DNA of 64,000 bases, from NCBI GenBank assembly GCA_003971905.1, contig RSEE01000046.1, forward strand, positions 124,001-188,000. Reading direction: 5' to 3'. The notes under the pieces are model-generated. The model was not told the origin of the DNA and made no database searches. It saw nothing but the letters and a program-made list of their open reading frames with translations. Source of the DNA: Moniliella sp. 'wahieum' (Eukaryota). Positions 1-15,656 of the stretch are shown here, one piece after another. Within the stretch, counting starts at the first letter, position 1, and each line of letters begins with the position of its first letter. The translations under genes and the position numbers were made by a program.

Positions 1-3000
1 ACCAAGTGACGCTGAGGGAACACCGATGCTACCCGTCGCTGCTGCCGCCTTCACCTCGCCGGAGGTCTTGGTGGGGGAATCGGGGCGCGAGACCAAGAAT
101 CCATTGGATGGGTTGGCTCCAACATCTCATGGGGGTGAAACAGATGCGCTGCTAACCACTCGTGCCTTTGAACAAACGCCAATCCCGGTCGCGTTTCACT
201 CGCCATCGCAAGGTATGCACCTATCCTCCCCCCTTCTTCTCCCCCAAACACTAACACGGTTATAGATGTACTGTATATGTAGATCTCCTTCCTTCCCCAG
301 CCCAACCGAATCCAAAGATCCAGCCCTCCTCTCTCGGAATCGTCCGCCAAGACCCATGCAATGAGAATGACGATGCTTCAGCGCCCTGTCCGCCGGTGCA
401 AGCGTCTTCGATTGACGAAGATATGGCTACATCTTCATCCCAAGAAGTCTCGCCATTCATGGTAGGAGATCGGATCTTTATCGACCGCTTCTCACCTACG
501 CCACAACCTGATGGAATGAGGAAGGCAGGGAATCGTGGGCGCCCGAGCTACCGCTACCGATCCAGCTGGATGCACCTGGCTCTCTCGATCCATTTACCAA
601 CAGGGTGGAGAAATGTGTGGACGCGTGGATATCGCATCTGGTAGACTCGATTGGTCTCTTCAGTAAGCCTGCAATGGTGTCCTCGCCGCAAAGTGTCAGT
701 AGCGCCGTTCCTTCGTTCCCTGTGCCCGAGGATAGGGAGGCAATCCAGGAAGATGAGGCGGTTGATCGCTCGTTGCATGCTTCTTCGCCTACGCACCCTT
801 CCCCCCACGGAACTGGGCATGTTCCGGACCTCCCACGCTCTTTGTCCACCGAATTGGCTACAAGGATGGAGGAGGGAACCCGGTGTGGTTCTTCGAAAGA
901 GGCTAGCAACGTCCCGGAAAGGGATCCAGCTCATTTCGTGACGGGGGTCTGCCGGCGGTGGGGAGGGGCGATATGGCCAGCACGGCAGCAGACGGTCTCC
1001 AAGGTGCAATCGCACTGTACGAAGCAAACCATCGCTTGAATTTGGATCTGGAGCAGGTCAAGGGGACGTTGGCCCGACTCGCCCCTGTGTCCTGGCCCTC
1101 CTTAGCTCGTTGGACAGGATGAAGGGGGCGGTGGATGAGCTCAAGGCTGCCATCCATTCCAGCTCTCATATTCACGATGTTCTTCTCGCCCTACGTGACC
1201 CACGCAAAAGTGGAAGTACGAACCAAGAGGGCAGCCTTGATTTACCCGACGAGAAGGGCGCAACTCATTGCCATCGGGCCACGTTTCCCCTTCCCACGGA
1301 GGGGGCGACCATGAGAGGCTTCAGTTGGATATGCTCTCGGCGGGCCTGATTGACCGAATGGTGGGCGCCATCAAGAGCGCCCTCGGTCCGAGTCACATTC
1401 CCAAGTCGGCCTTGTTAGCGCAATGGCCTTGCCCATGGTTACGGACTGGTTTGAAGACTTTTGCGAAGAGGTCCGCGGCGATGTGGAATCGTCCATGTAC
1501 GACTTTATGGGCAAGGTGGCGAGATGGAGTGAAGGTGGGCTGCCTCTTCTCTTCCAGGATGAACCTCCGTCGTCCTCGTATGGGGTTCCTGACGAGGCCG
1601 GAAAAGGGAGAGACATGAGTAAGGGTCACTGTGCAGGAGGCTTTCCTGTGACCGAACCAACCAGACCGTCGTCGGTTTATTCAGAACAGGAGGTTGCGGA
1701 ACCTGAGCCAGCTGCTACCGCGAGCTTAGCCGACCTGATACGCCGTACCGGCGCTTCATTCGAACGGCATGCAGCTCGGGTGCGTACCTTGGAGCTGGTT
1801 GAGCAGTTAAAGAGAAACAAGAGCATTCCCACCTTGTCCTGGCTCAACTCCTGCAAACCCAACACTGCCAAGTCACTGTGCCCCGCCACGGCTCCGGCGT
1901 TGGGACGGACGGTTCCTGTTTCTCTTCCGCGGGCCCACGTGGGCAGACGAGATGGTGATACCGATCCTGCAGGAGGAACGGCGGATGCTTCAACAGCAGG
2001 TCGTTTTCCCTCAGCCAATCTGTGAGGGAGAAAAGTGCCTCGCTACTCGACGCTAGCCCAGTCTCGTACGCAGCATGATTTGCTCAATGACCTGAGGGCC
2101 CAAGTCAACCAGGTTCAAGCTGCTCTTGCTCATACCGAAAAGAAACGGAACGAGGCGACGATGGAGACTGTCTTGGATGGGCTGCGTGCTGTACACGCCC
2201 GTACCCAGCGCGACCAATTTCGATGGGAGCTTGCAAGTGTTACCGCGGCGGAGGAACAGTCGGTATCAAGCATGATGCAGCTGATGGAAGAGCACGACAG
2301 AGTGCAGCAACGCATCCGATTGGCCAACGAGGAGATCCAAGCTGTCAATCTACTTTGAGGAAAGAGAGGGACGACCCAAAGTGCTGGCCCGGTATGCACA
2401 ACTGGTCCAAGCATCCGAGCGTGCAGGAACGGAATCCCACAAGCAGATTCGCATCGTGACGGATCGCATGGAAGCCCAAGTCAAGATGCTCCAGAAACAA
2501 GAGTCTCTTGCCGCCCAAACAGGATGGTGAATCGCTCGCTTGGTGAACGGACTGAGCTGCTGCGCGCGTCCAGGACCGTGAGAACATAATCGCTTTGCTC
2601 CAACGACAGATCGCCATCCGCTCTTCCCCTGCCCTCGTTCCGGATGCGCAAAAGGACGGACCAAGCGGGAATGCGCCTCCCATTCCGAATGGAACCCTAC
2701 CCATCGATGAAGGTCAACCGGTGGGGCTGGGGGTACGCCAAACAGTCAAGAGCCACACCAACTGTCCGGCCACAGGCGGAGTCTTGCTGGAAAAAGAGGA
2801 AGGTGTTGAGACCGAGACCACCCCGCCACTCGCTCCGCGCCCGCCTACTCCTACTCCTACTTTGCCAACCACACCCTACCTATCACCCACCAAGATGAAA
2901 GTCTCCCCGCCGCCCACATCCTTGCCTCTGGCCGCTTTGCTGCTGCCTGTTACTGCGCCGCCTGGTATCCTTCTACTTTTTCCTCGAGGAAAAGGATCTT

Positions 3001-3391
3001 GCTGTTTCCAGTGCGGGGGAGAACCAAGCCCGTCGCGCTGGGTCCCATTGGTCCCGGATGGCCTGGACCATGTGGTCCAAGTGGACCAGGATGGATGGTG
3101 GAGTTGAGCGGCTGGAGCGAATGGCTCCCTCGAGCAGCTGCAGCGAATGGCTCCCGACAGAAAAGAGGGGGGCTGTGCCCTGTTGTGCCGGCGCCCGTCG
3201 GTGCATGGTGCATTGGAACGACTGAGGTCCGAGACCAGATACTCGCGGTATGGCTTGGGACATGTGACACGGGACATATGGGATCTGGGACTCCCATGGG
3301 ACCGGTACGGACGGCATTATGCGCCCTGGTTCGCTTTTTAGGCGGGGCACGCGCACTAAAGTACAGAGTACATAGAAGCACTGGTGCATGA
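1..3391 (+). CDS. Hypothetical low-complexity protein, fragmented by frameshifts; one or two genes, probably starting before the window
   Basis: Chain of + strand ORFs (605-1039, 1110-1349, 1423-2025, 2035-2358, 2595-3107). Includes a coiled-coil-like segment (LLNDLRAQVNQVQAALAHTEKKRNE) and a candidate intron GTATCC..TTCCAG at about 2965-3011. No recognised domain. Confidence 0.35.
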
Positions 3392-4472
3392 TGTGAAACT
3401 CGAACATCAGTTGAACGTTGAACATTGCAATTCCCCTTTGACAAGTGACATGTGACATGTGACATGCAGTGCCATGCACATGCGGCATGGGCGCCATGGG
3501 CAATCGCCAAGTGCCTAATCTCAGATCTCAGATCAGATCTCAGGGGGACCAGGAAGGCAGGGGGAGGTATTAAGGACCCGCACCCGGCCAGCACAGGCGC
3601 CGCAGCCGGCTTGGATGTACATGGGCGTGACGAACTGGACAGAGGCCTCCTCGCACTCGCGGCATCCCACGACCCAAGCTATGCAAACGGGATGTGCAGA
3701 GCGCCAAGCCAAGCGCTTTCAAGCTTCGAGTCGGCTGGGTGTGCCTGAAGGGCAGCCGGACAGAGGGGGGCAGAGAGCACTTCGTACGTAGTGCTTCGCA
3801 CTTGGCGCATAGCAACAAAAGCAGCATAATGAGTACGGTGTACGTACGCTGTGTTCTCCACCGGCTGGCCACCACTCTGGTCCAGCTTCCAGGGTTAGTC
3901 CGGGGCAGCGCCTGCAGCAGCCCGGTCCCATGCTGGATCCAACCCCACATTCACGCGTCACGCGCCACACATCATCCATCAGCGCATCAGCCGCATCGAT
4001 ATCGAACAGCAATCACCGAAATCATCCATCCCACCAGGGCTTCCGTACCAGCATGCGCATACTCGGTCTGGTACTCCGTGCGTTGCGCGGCAGAGGAGAC
4101 CGGGATGCGGTACCGTGGGACAGAGTGGCGAGGTGCTGTGTCTGGCTGCGGCGCCACAGGACAGCATGCCATTGCTATCGATGCTACGGCAGTCTCCGCA
4201 GCGTCACAGTCACATGTCATATGCTAGCCGAGTATGCTTGTACTATGTGGCCACACCACCAGAGAAGAGGATCGATGGGGTTGTCTGCCTGTTCCTGTCC
4301 TCAATGTGCTAGCCCTCCATAATGTCCAGGCTCCAATAATTGCTCAACCTCCTGAAGACTTCGTCTCCTCCCCTCTGCCCCCAACCATCCTCCCTCCCTC
4401 CACCACCTCCTCCTAGTCTACCTCACTACATCCACCCTTCTCTTCCGTCATCTCCTTCCTTCTCACGCCCGA

Positions 4473-5946
4473 ATGTCCTTCTACGGCCACAATCCTCATG
4501 GCAGGTACGTGCTTCTTATATTCGACCTTCTTCCGCCTCCGTGCGGCAGGCTGACTCCTCCATACTTTCTGCCCTCTCAGTTGGGCCCCGCAGCCTGGCC
4601 CTCCTCCCTTCCCCCAGGGCAATGGTGGCGGCTTCCCTGACAACTACAACTACAATAACAACATGGGAGGTGGTTTTGCCCCTCAGGCTGGTCCTCCTCC
4701 TCCCCCCCCGCAAGGGTACGGTCCTCCCGGGGGAGGGTATCCGCCCATGCCTGGCCCCCCTCCGGGGCCGGGGTACCACCAGGGAGGGGGCTTTCCCCCC
4801 CAGCCTCCGCCTCCGCCTCAACCGTCGGGGCTGCCTGCTGCTCCACCCCCCTCCGGTCCTCCGCTTACTGTGGGGTGGGGAGTTGCTCCCCAAGGCCCGA
4901 TTGGTCCCCCAGCGTATCAGAATATGCCAGTCCGTTACATTCGCCCCACTGGTCAGGTCATGGAAATGGGATGCACTACGAGTACTCAACCATGACGGGC
5001 AAGCGCAAGGCGTTGCTGATTGGCATCAACTATGTTGGTTCCAACGCTGCGCTGCGAGGCTGCTGGAACGACGTGGACAATATCCGCAACTTTTTGATTA
5101 CCCGGTGCAATTACAGGCCAGAGGACATGGTCATCCTGACCGATCGTGACCCCAACCCGCGGAGCCATCCCACCCGTGCCAACATGACCGCCGCCATGCA
5201 CTGGCTTGTGGCCGGGGCCAGCCCGGGCGACGCGCTCTTTTTCCAGTACTCTGGCCACGGTGGCCAGGTACAGGCTCGTCAAGGGGACGAGACTGACGGC
5301 CTGAACGAGACGATCATTCCGGTCGACTTTCGGATCACGGGCCAAATGGAAGATGATGAGCTGCATGCGATCATGGTCCGTCCCCTCCCCATTGGCTGTC
5401 GCTTGACCGCCCTGTTCGACTCGTGCCATTCGGGTACGGTACTTGATTTGCCATACGTCTACGCAACTAGTGGCAAGGTCAAGGAGGAAAAAATCTGGAC
5501 CGGAATCGGTAAGGGCATGCTTGTGGCTGCGGCAGACTATGTTCAAGGTGATTTGATCGGCGTGGTCACGGGCTTGTTCAGCACCGCCGTAGCAGCCAGG
5601 AGAACATCTGTGGCCAAGAATAAGACCAAGCTTACTCGCTCTTCGGGGGCAGATGTGGTGATGCTATCGGGATGCAAGGATTCGCAGACGTCCGCGGACG
5701 CAATTGAAGCTAACAAGGCTACCGGTGCTTGCTCTTGGGCGTTTATTACGGTGATGAATAAGTATCCCCGCTTGACCTACAACCAGCTGCTCAATGCTGT
5801 ACGCGACGAGCTCGTGGCCAAGTACTCGCAAAAGCCCCAGGTACGTTTTTGTCTTGTCTGTTTCTTACTACCCTGCTGACTTGGACTTTCTTTGATAGTT
5901 GTCGGCCAGCCACCCCATCGACATGTCGCTCACTTTCATCATCTAG
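4473..5946 (+). CDS. MCA1: Type I metacaspase
   Basis: Pro/Gly/Gln-rich prodomain, then GKRKALLIGINY, LRGCWND, catalytic YSGHG and FDSCHSGT, SGCKDSQTSAD, and C-terminal QKPQLSASHPID. Introns at 4505-4580 and 5841-5898; one frameshift near 4900. Confidence 0.95.
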
Positions 5947-6766
5947 GTGTAAAGGGGCGGGTCTACTGTTGCATTTTTTCGATTGCTTTTCTTTTTGCAC
6001 CATTATGGATGCGGAGATGTGTCACGGCCGTTTTAATGTGATCGGACACAGAAGTAACCTTCAAGCTTCACATGCACAGAATCGTATAAGAACGTCACAG
6101 CGACGCTCTACTACTACTATAGCACACTTCATAGACATCATCGTGCAAGTTTAACATCAAGGCAGCACTGGGTACTGGCGGTAGAAGCGATATAGAGGTG
6201 TAGAGCTTATGAAGCTTGAATAAGCTTCAAACCTCAACATGATTCGTTCTCCATGACGACGCGAGGGTACTACGCTCCGGCCACAGTTCGGTAACGCTTC
6301 AAAAAGCTTCATATGAACGTTGGACCATCTCCAAAGTTCCCACCGTCGCGCTAACATTTTTTTTCGACCGTTGTGCCCACATCTCCATACCTGGCATCTT
6401 CAATCGCTCTCTCATCAACCAACCGAATTTACGCGTACACTACATTTGGTTTGGTAACGAATGGTGCGGGGCATAGGGGCCCCTAACCTGCGGAGGGAAA
6501 TGCCCATTGACTTTCGATTTAGGTGAGGGCTATAGCTGACCAGCAGACGCTGGATGAGCGAAGAACCTCCCAGGTAGATGCTTCTGGTATATCAGTGTTC
6601 GAGTTTTGCGAGTAATATGGACGCAGCAAGGGCATGCTTAGTCGGCGGGCTTAGGGAGAACGTGAAATGTTGAAACGCGGCGATTGGCTCGGGCAGCTCG
6701 GACCTACTTGGGGGCGAACAACATGGGGCTGGGTATGGGTAGAAGCGAGCATCGCACACATGATCC

Positions 6767-7581
6767 ATGGTCCTCCACCGCATCCTGCCCCGCCGAATGA
6801 CGCCACCCACAGCCAAGGAGCTGGCGCTGACTACCGACAGGTGGCTGTTCAAAGTCGAGCCCGAACCACGTTTTGAAGACGGGAAGGATGTGTCGCTGAG
6901 CGTCGAGGCGCTCGCTGCGCTCCCGACCGTATTACCTCCTGGGATGGGGTGCGCAACCCCCAAGCATGCGGCTTTATGCGCGACCGCATGCGCGTGGGGC
7001 AACTGGGATTGATGTACTACTCCAACCAAGCTACCAGGCGTCGTCGCAACCCTCAAGATTGTTCGGGAGGGCTACCCTGACCACACAGCCGACGGGTACG
7101 ACCCTGCTTCTTCCAAGCCAGCACGGTGGTACATGGTCGACGTTCAGCTGCAAGACCGGCTAGCACACTATGTACCGCTCTGGCTGCTCAAGATGCTTAA
7201 GCAACCGGATCATCTCACCCGCGAGCAGCGCGAGGACCTGGCTTACTTGTCGGACGAGCAACTGGCTTCCATATGCGCCATGCCCCTCGTCCAACCTGGT
7301 CGGCTGAGCGTCCAACCGGTCCCGCCCACTGCATACGAGACAGTCCTTCTCCTTGGCGCCAAGGGGGGTTTGATGGTGCTCATTGGCCTGTGCCAGGCAC
7401 TTCGGCCGCCAAGAGTGCCGCTAAATCCGCTCCTGTCAAGACGCCACCTCGCCAGCTCATAAGGAGAAGGAACGGGAAACTGTCGAGCCGAGCAGGAAAA
7501 GGTCAAACAGGCGGATGAGATGGTAGCTAGGGACGATGCCACGCCACGAACGGTCAGCACGTGTGGCCAAGAGGCCCTAGT
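6767..7581 (+). CDS. EVE-domain (Thy28/THYN1-like) protein
   Basis: WLFKVEPEPRFEDGKDVSLS, SWDGVRNPQACGFMRDRMRVGQLGLMYYSN, WYMVDV and GRLSVQPV, spread across frames. The 3' end is approximate. Confidence 0.85.
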
Positions 7582-8110
7582 TTGATCAATCCTCGCGTGT
7601 CGTATCTGCATTCGCAGAGCCACGACGCGTGCCGTTACACTCCCAGCCGCATCTCAGATCTCAAGGCTCGAGGGCCAATGGTATGGATGTGAACGTTTCG
7701 GGTCGACTCGGTGCTGCTCACTTATTAGCTTCATTCGCCGAGCAGCTGCGGGGGTTAAGAAGGGAACGACTGGTCTGCTGTAGCTGAACGTAGAACCAGG
7801 CTGCACCAACCAGGCTGCCTAACCATCCCTTGTCAGGCATGTCACATGCCAAGGTCACGTGGGCACGCCTGCATCCCACACGGACGTGAAAGTTTTCCCT
7901 GCGTGTTGCTGCAAGCACGGGCACCCTTCCTCCGGGACAGGGGCAGCGGGACTGGTGCACTGTCCCCATGCCATACCCAAAGTACACTGGCGCTCTGGCG
8001 CTGCTTTTCGCTACGGTCTGACGTGTGGCTCGTTGGGCCCGCGTAGGGCACGAAAGGAGCTAGCGCCGCTGGCTCGCGTCTGTTCTCTCTCCACCATCTG
8101 TGCCGACGCG

Positions 8111-9578
8111 ATGGAAGGCCAGGCCAGTGCACACGCCGCGTACATGCACGCCAGCCAGTTTGGCACCCACCCCCAGGCCCACCAGATGCCTCAGGGTGGC
8201 GAGCACGCGTACGCCTCCGCCAGTACGTCCTGTTTGCCTCCGCGCCCCTGGCGTTACGCGTAGGGGAGGCGCTGGTCAAGGCCAACCCTCTCGCCTCCAC
8301 TCTCCCTGACCTCACTTTTCTCCTCTTCCCTCTCACACAGATCACCACCCTGTCTATGGCTACAACCTTCCGCAGGGATATGCTTACGGGTACAACCCCA
8401 ATGTCTACGGCGGTTTCCAGACCTCAATGGTCAACCCGGCAATCATGGGAGGCGAGCCCATTCGGCTCAAGGCGAGAACGCGGCTGGGGCCGCTCAGGCT
8501 GCCGCTGCGGCCAATAATATGCAGCACTACATGCCCTACCAGTCCCATTACTTTGCCAACAACGCGCAGGGTGCAGCCCAGAACAACCCTGCCGCCTATA
8601 CCGACATGGTCTCCGCTGCTTCCCACGCCGTGAACAAGGCGACCAAGCCCAAAGCCGAGGTGCGCACCCCTTCGTTTTCGTTTTCTCTTTCCCATTCGCT
8701 TTGGTCCACGTCGAAAATTCTAACCTTTATTTTTCTCCTCACAGAAGATTACCGAGGGCCCCAAAAGATTCTCCGTGCACGTCTTAAGCAGCCGAAACAG
8801 GCCCCCTCGGCGTGGCAGCTTTTCTTCAACGAAGAGCTAGCCACACTTCGTCAAGCCAACCCTGGAGAGCGAATGAATGTGGCGCACGCCTCCAAGGCCG
8901 CTGGGGAAAAGTACAATGCGTTGCCTGCTTCGAAAAAGGCCAAGTATCAACAGGAGAGCTTGCGTCTCAAGGCCCAATGGGAGAAGGACATGATCAGTTG
9001 GAAGGAGTCTCTCTCACCGGAAGACATTAAGCTGGAGAACGCGTACCGTACGCAGCAACGGAAGGCAGGCAAGAGTCGCAAGTCTAATCTCAAGGACCCC
9101 CGCTCCCAAGAAGCCTATGTCCGCATACTTTTTGTTTTTGCGTGCCATCCGCGCATCTCCTGAGATGAAGAAGTCAGTCTTTGGTGAAGCTGAAGAAATG
9201 ACCAAGCAGAGTGTTCTTGCCGTCTCAAATGGCGCGAGCTTCCCGAGGAGGAAAAGAAGCCCTTCATTATGAAGGCCGAGCAGGACAAGGCGGTATGACG
9301 AGGCTCGCAAGACCTATGAAAGCCATGTCCCAAGGCCTAAACCCGGCCGCCGCTGCGACCAAGCCTACGAGGCTGGCCTGTCCGTTGCAGCCCAGATGGC
9401 AGCGAACAATCCGGCGATTCAGAAGCTGCAAGCGAGAGGCTTGCCCCCCGGCATCTCTTTTGACATAAAGGAGGAAGAGCCTGAGAGCAAGGCTGCTCCC
9501 ACCCTCTCTCCGCTCAAGTCCAAGAAGAAAAAGACAGTGCCGATGGTTGATACTAAGCCTCTCGTCTCGGCTCAGTAA
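8111..9578 (+). CDS. Double HMG-box protein with a Q/N/Y/A-rich N-terminus
   Basis: HMG box 1 PKQAPSAWQLFF...AGEKYNALPASKKAKY; box 2 LKDP-APKKPMSAYFLF, frameshifted near 9100. Introns at 8223-8340 and 8660-8744. Confidence 0.85.
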
Positions 9579-10063
9579 CGTGCTGCCAGCAGTGTCTATC
9601 GTCCGCGGGTGATGTCCGATCGGTCCTCCGTTTTCTGTTTCTGCCCTGCCTCTTCTCTCTTGACGTTAGCTCATTTTCTTGTCCTTCCTGTCTCTACTAA
9701 GTTTCGTTTCGTTTCGTTTCGCTTTCTCCTTCTCGTGTGCGTCCGCTACAGCGGTGGGCCGGTCTCTCTGTCTCCCTTCAGCACGCTTTTGTCCCTGCAG
9801 TCCTGTGCGCGAGCTGTGTACGCCATCACCCTGTGGCTGTTGTCTACTTGGCTTGATCTTCCGATGATGTTGTTTGCTCAATCTCGTGACGTGGCCGAGG
9901 GAAAGTCTGTAGTATTGTAGGAAAGAAGGAACAGCTGGAAGTCCGTCTCAAACACCAACCCGTGTTCAACGTTCAACAGTTCCTAAGCGAGGCAAGAATG
10001 TAGCGACAGGGAGAAAAATGATGCAGCGGAGGAACGTGTGGGGCACATTGGCTTTCAAGAATT

Positions 10064-10367
10064 TCAAGCGTCCTTGTCCTTGTCCGTCGGCTTGTCAGCG
10101 GCCGCGGGCTTGCCAAAATCGATCTTCTGCTCCTTGTCATCGGAGGGCGCAGGATGACCAGTTCATGGCCCGTGTTGCGTTTGTAGTTCTCTGCGTTCTG
10201 GTGGTACTTGCCCTTGAGATGCGCAATCTCGTGGCGGATGCGGTCCACATCAGCTCGCTTCTGCGGCGCTTGGGGTCAGGGGCCGACATGCTGTGCACGG
10301 GGGAGGCGAGAGCCAGGAAGATAACGGCAACGAGCGCCGCGGTGGGGAGGCGGGAGAAGGTGCGCGT
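10064..10367 (-). CDS. Small secreted protein (about 100 aa) resembling an aspartic-protease propeptide
   Basis: Hydrophobic signal RLPTAALVAVIFLALASPVHS, then KR-ADVDRIRHEIAHLKGKYHQNAENYKRNTGHEL, then a charged tail DDKEQKIDFGKPAAADKPTDKDKDA*. Requires two frameshifts, and the apparent start codon reads ACG. Confidence 0.5.
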
Positions 10368-10839
10368 GGTGGAAAGAGACACAGTTGCAGCGAAGCTTGC
10401 TGCAAAGATGGAAATGGGGTGGTGGTGGTGGGAGAGCAGTGCGTCGAAAGAGCAGCGAGCAATGCCACATGTCGACCTGGCTGCGGGTGCCAAGGCCATG
10501 GCTTGCGAGTGCGCCCCTGACGTCATCGTTCCAGCACGGGCGCTGTTGCGGCGCAGAGCGCTCGCTGAGCTCAGCCATCCAGTAGCGGCACTGCGCTACA
10601 GTGCCTGCCGTTAGACCATGTGCACAGTGCACGGCCATCCTTGCGGCGGGGGTTGCATGTGGGCTGGGCTGGCCGCAGGGCAAGCACGTGACCTGTTACA
10701 GCGGCTGCAATTCTAAATTCACACACGCAACTGCTTCCAGCAACTATCTATTCGCGCACACAAGGGTGGTGTGACTGGGGTGCGCCATACTTTGCCTGTC
10801 GGAGCCCTCCCGCAGGACGAAGCAGACAGATGCCGATCC

Positions 10840-13317
<2,478 letters not shown>

Positions 13318-14248
13318 AACAGCGGATGTGGTGGGTTGCCAAGAAGGAAGCAGCGCCGGGCAAGCGGGTGAAGGACCAGGCGTTAATAGGGACACCAGTT
13401 TTTTTCGCTCGGCCAACGGCTGCGATAATTGAAATCGTTTGCACCGAGCCCACTTGAACATTGCACACTTTTTTTCGTCGTACTTGCCTTTGATGTTCCT
13501 GCCATACGAATCCTAGTAGGTAGCTCTGGTTGACTTCTCGTTGGCCAACACTGTTCTCGAGAATAGACCAGCTGTTGGCTCGAGGCTGGCTTATTACGCC
13601 TACTCCCCAAAGAAACTTGATGAGCGTGCCTCATCGAGCGTCCTTCGCTTAATCTGCAGTCGTCTGATGACATCAATCAAAAGGGCATATTGAAGCCGAA
13701 ACATCAGAACACATATGAGAGATGAGGCCGCTAAGAGAAGGTCGAGCAGGCAGATTGTCGTAGGCAACGACCTCACTTAAGACCCACCCCGTACTACAAC
13801 ACCCCTTCCAAAAAGGTTTTGGGCACTACCAGGAGCTTGCTCTCAGTTGTGGAGACGGATTTCGCTCCCATGTCCACCAGGCTCATCCATATTCACTCTA
13901 CATTAGGTTTGGAAACGAATGGCGAGGTAGAAGGCAACCTGAATCAGTTTCTTTTTCCGTTACTGTCCCATCCGAACGCGGTTGCTTCAACTATTGCGCG
14001 CATCCACTTAACATTGGCGCAGCATCCAGACTCAAACGAACCCTCTCAAATCTCATCAAGCTGTAAAAAACGAGGTATGTGCATAGGCATGGAACGGCAC
14101 GACCGGTCCTCAATTTTGGATGAGTTTCTCAACGAAGAGAGCAAGGACATGGAAAAAGCACAGCCATGAGACCCACGTCCAAACGCGGACATCAGGTGTA
14201 CAGACCTGGCAGATCGATGGTCCCGAGAAGCTAAAGGCGCAAAGGCGC

Positions 14249-14738
14249 TTAGAAGCGACCGAATTGCTTGGCAGCCTTCTCGAGAGCCTTGTTCTTGGTC
14301 ACCTTGAGAACGTTGAAGCGCACCGTCTTGGACAGAGGGCGGCACTGGCCAACGGTAACCTCGTCACCGACATCGACACGGAAGGCGGGCGAGCAGTGGG
14401 CGGCAAGGTTCTTGTGGCGCTTCTCGTAACGGTTGTACTTGGGCACACAAAGTGCAGGTACTCCCGGCGAATGATGATGGTGCGGGTCATCTTGGTCGAG
14501 ACGACACGGCCAGTGAGGATACGGCCACGGATCGACACAAGGCCAGTCCAGGGGCACTTCTTGTCAATGTAGGTACCGCCAATGGCAGCAGCCGGGGTCT
14601 TGAAGCCAAGGCCAATGTCCTTGTGCCAGCGCTTGGTCTTGTTGTTGACCTTCTTGCCAGCGGCCACCTTGGCGTTCTGGAAGAGGGCTGCTTCTGGAAG
14701 GCGCGCTCGTGCTGCACACCAAGCTCAACGTTGGACAT
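14249..14738 (-). CDS. RPS11: 40S ribosomal protein S11 (uS17)
   Basis: [67 protein letters not shown]. Two indels. Confidence 0.97.
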
Positions 14739-15153
14739 CTTGGAGTCGGTACAGAGAAAACAGGTGGTGAGCTTAGCTCGAGACGGAAGCGCGGCCGCCA
14801 GCGGGCCCCGGGCGTGAGCCGCAGACGGGACAGTGAGTCCGCGCGACCAGTAATTACGCAACACTGCCCGGATGCTGAGCACAGATACTCTTGGCACTGC
14901 GGCTGTTTTGCGCCAATACCGAACGATTTAATTGCGCCGGTGGCATTAGGGTTGGAAATGCGAAGCCTAGACACTGGCGCTCTGCTTGATAATGGCGGTG
15001 GCGACCTGCTGGGCTTGCGGCCCAGCTGGTCGGCAGTTGGGCGCGAAGACGGCGAGGTGACCGAGCAGCTTTTGAGTTCCCCCCCACCATTCGTCGCTGA
15101 CTGACAAGGACCCATCTCCCTTGGACGACGCAGCTTACTTTTATCCACTCAAA
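14739..15153. promoter_or_regulatory. Bidirectional promoter shared by RPS11 and RPS12, containing a telobox-like TTAGGGTT at 14946-14953
   Basis: 415 bp between the two divergent ATGs. Confidence 0.6.
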
Positions 15154-15656
15154 ATGTCCGACATTGAGGAACAGCAGATCGACGTTGTCGAGGAGGTTGC
15201 CGTCGAGGAGACTGCGCCCGTCAAGACGGGCCTGACCATCGAAGAGGCTCTCCAGGAGGTGCTCAAAGGCCCTCATTCACGACAGCCTGGCCCGTGGCCT
15301 GCGCGAGTGCGCTCACGCGCTCGACCGTGGCAACGCCCAGCTGTGTGTGCTTGTTGAGACCAACACTGAGGGCGAGTACATCAAGCTCATCGAGGCTCTG
15401 TGCAACGACCACAAGATTGACCTCTTGAAGGTCTCGGACGCCAAGACCTTGGGCACCTGGGCTGGTCTGGCCAAGATCGACCGCGAGGGTAACCCCCGCA
15501 AGGTTGTTGGCTGCTCGTGCGTTGTGTCGCGTGACTTCGGCGAGCCGTCGGAGGGCCTGAACGTCCTCACGGAGTACTTCAAGTATGTTTGGCTTTCTTC
15601 TCTCACTTCACCCGGATTGACGCTGACCATTATGCCCTCTTTCCAGGAGCCGCTAA
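15154..15656 (+). CDS. RPS12: 40S ribosomal protein S12 (eS12)
   Basis: [51 protein letters not shown]. Intron at 15583-15646 gives the ending FKSR*. Frameshift near 15270. Confidence 0.97.

Noticed and set aside
13617..13668. Possible C/D snoRNA (TGATGA...CTGA)
   Set aside because: Only about 50 nt, with no terminal stem or recognisable rRNA antisense element.
14249..15656. Ribosomal protein pseudogenes or programmed frameshifting
   Set aside because: Indels are window-wide and protein motifs are fully conserved, so sequencing error is the simpler explanation.
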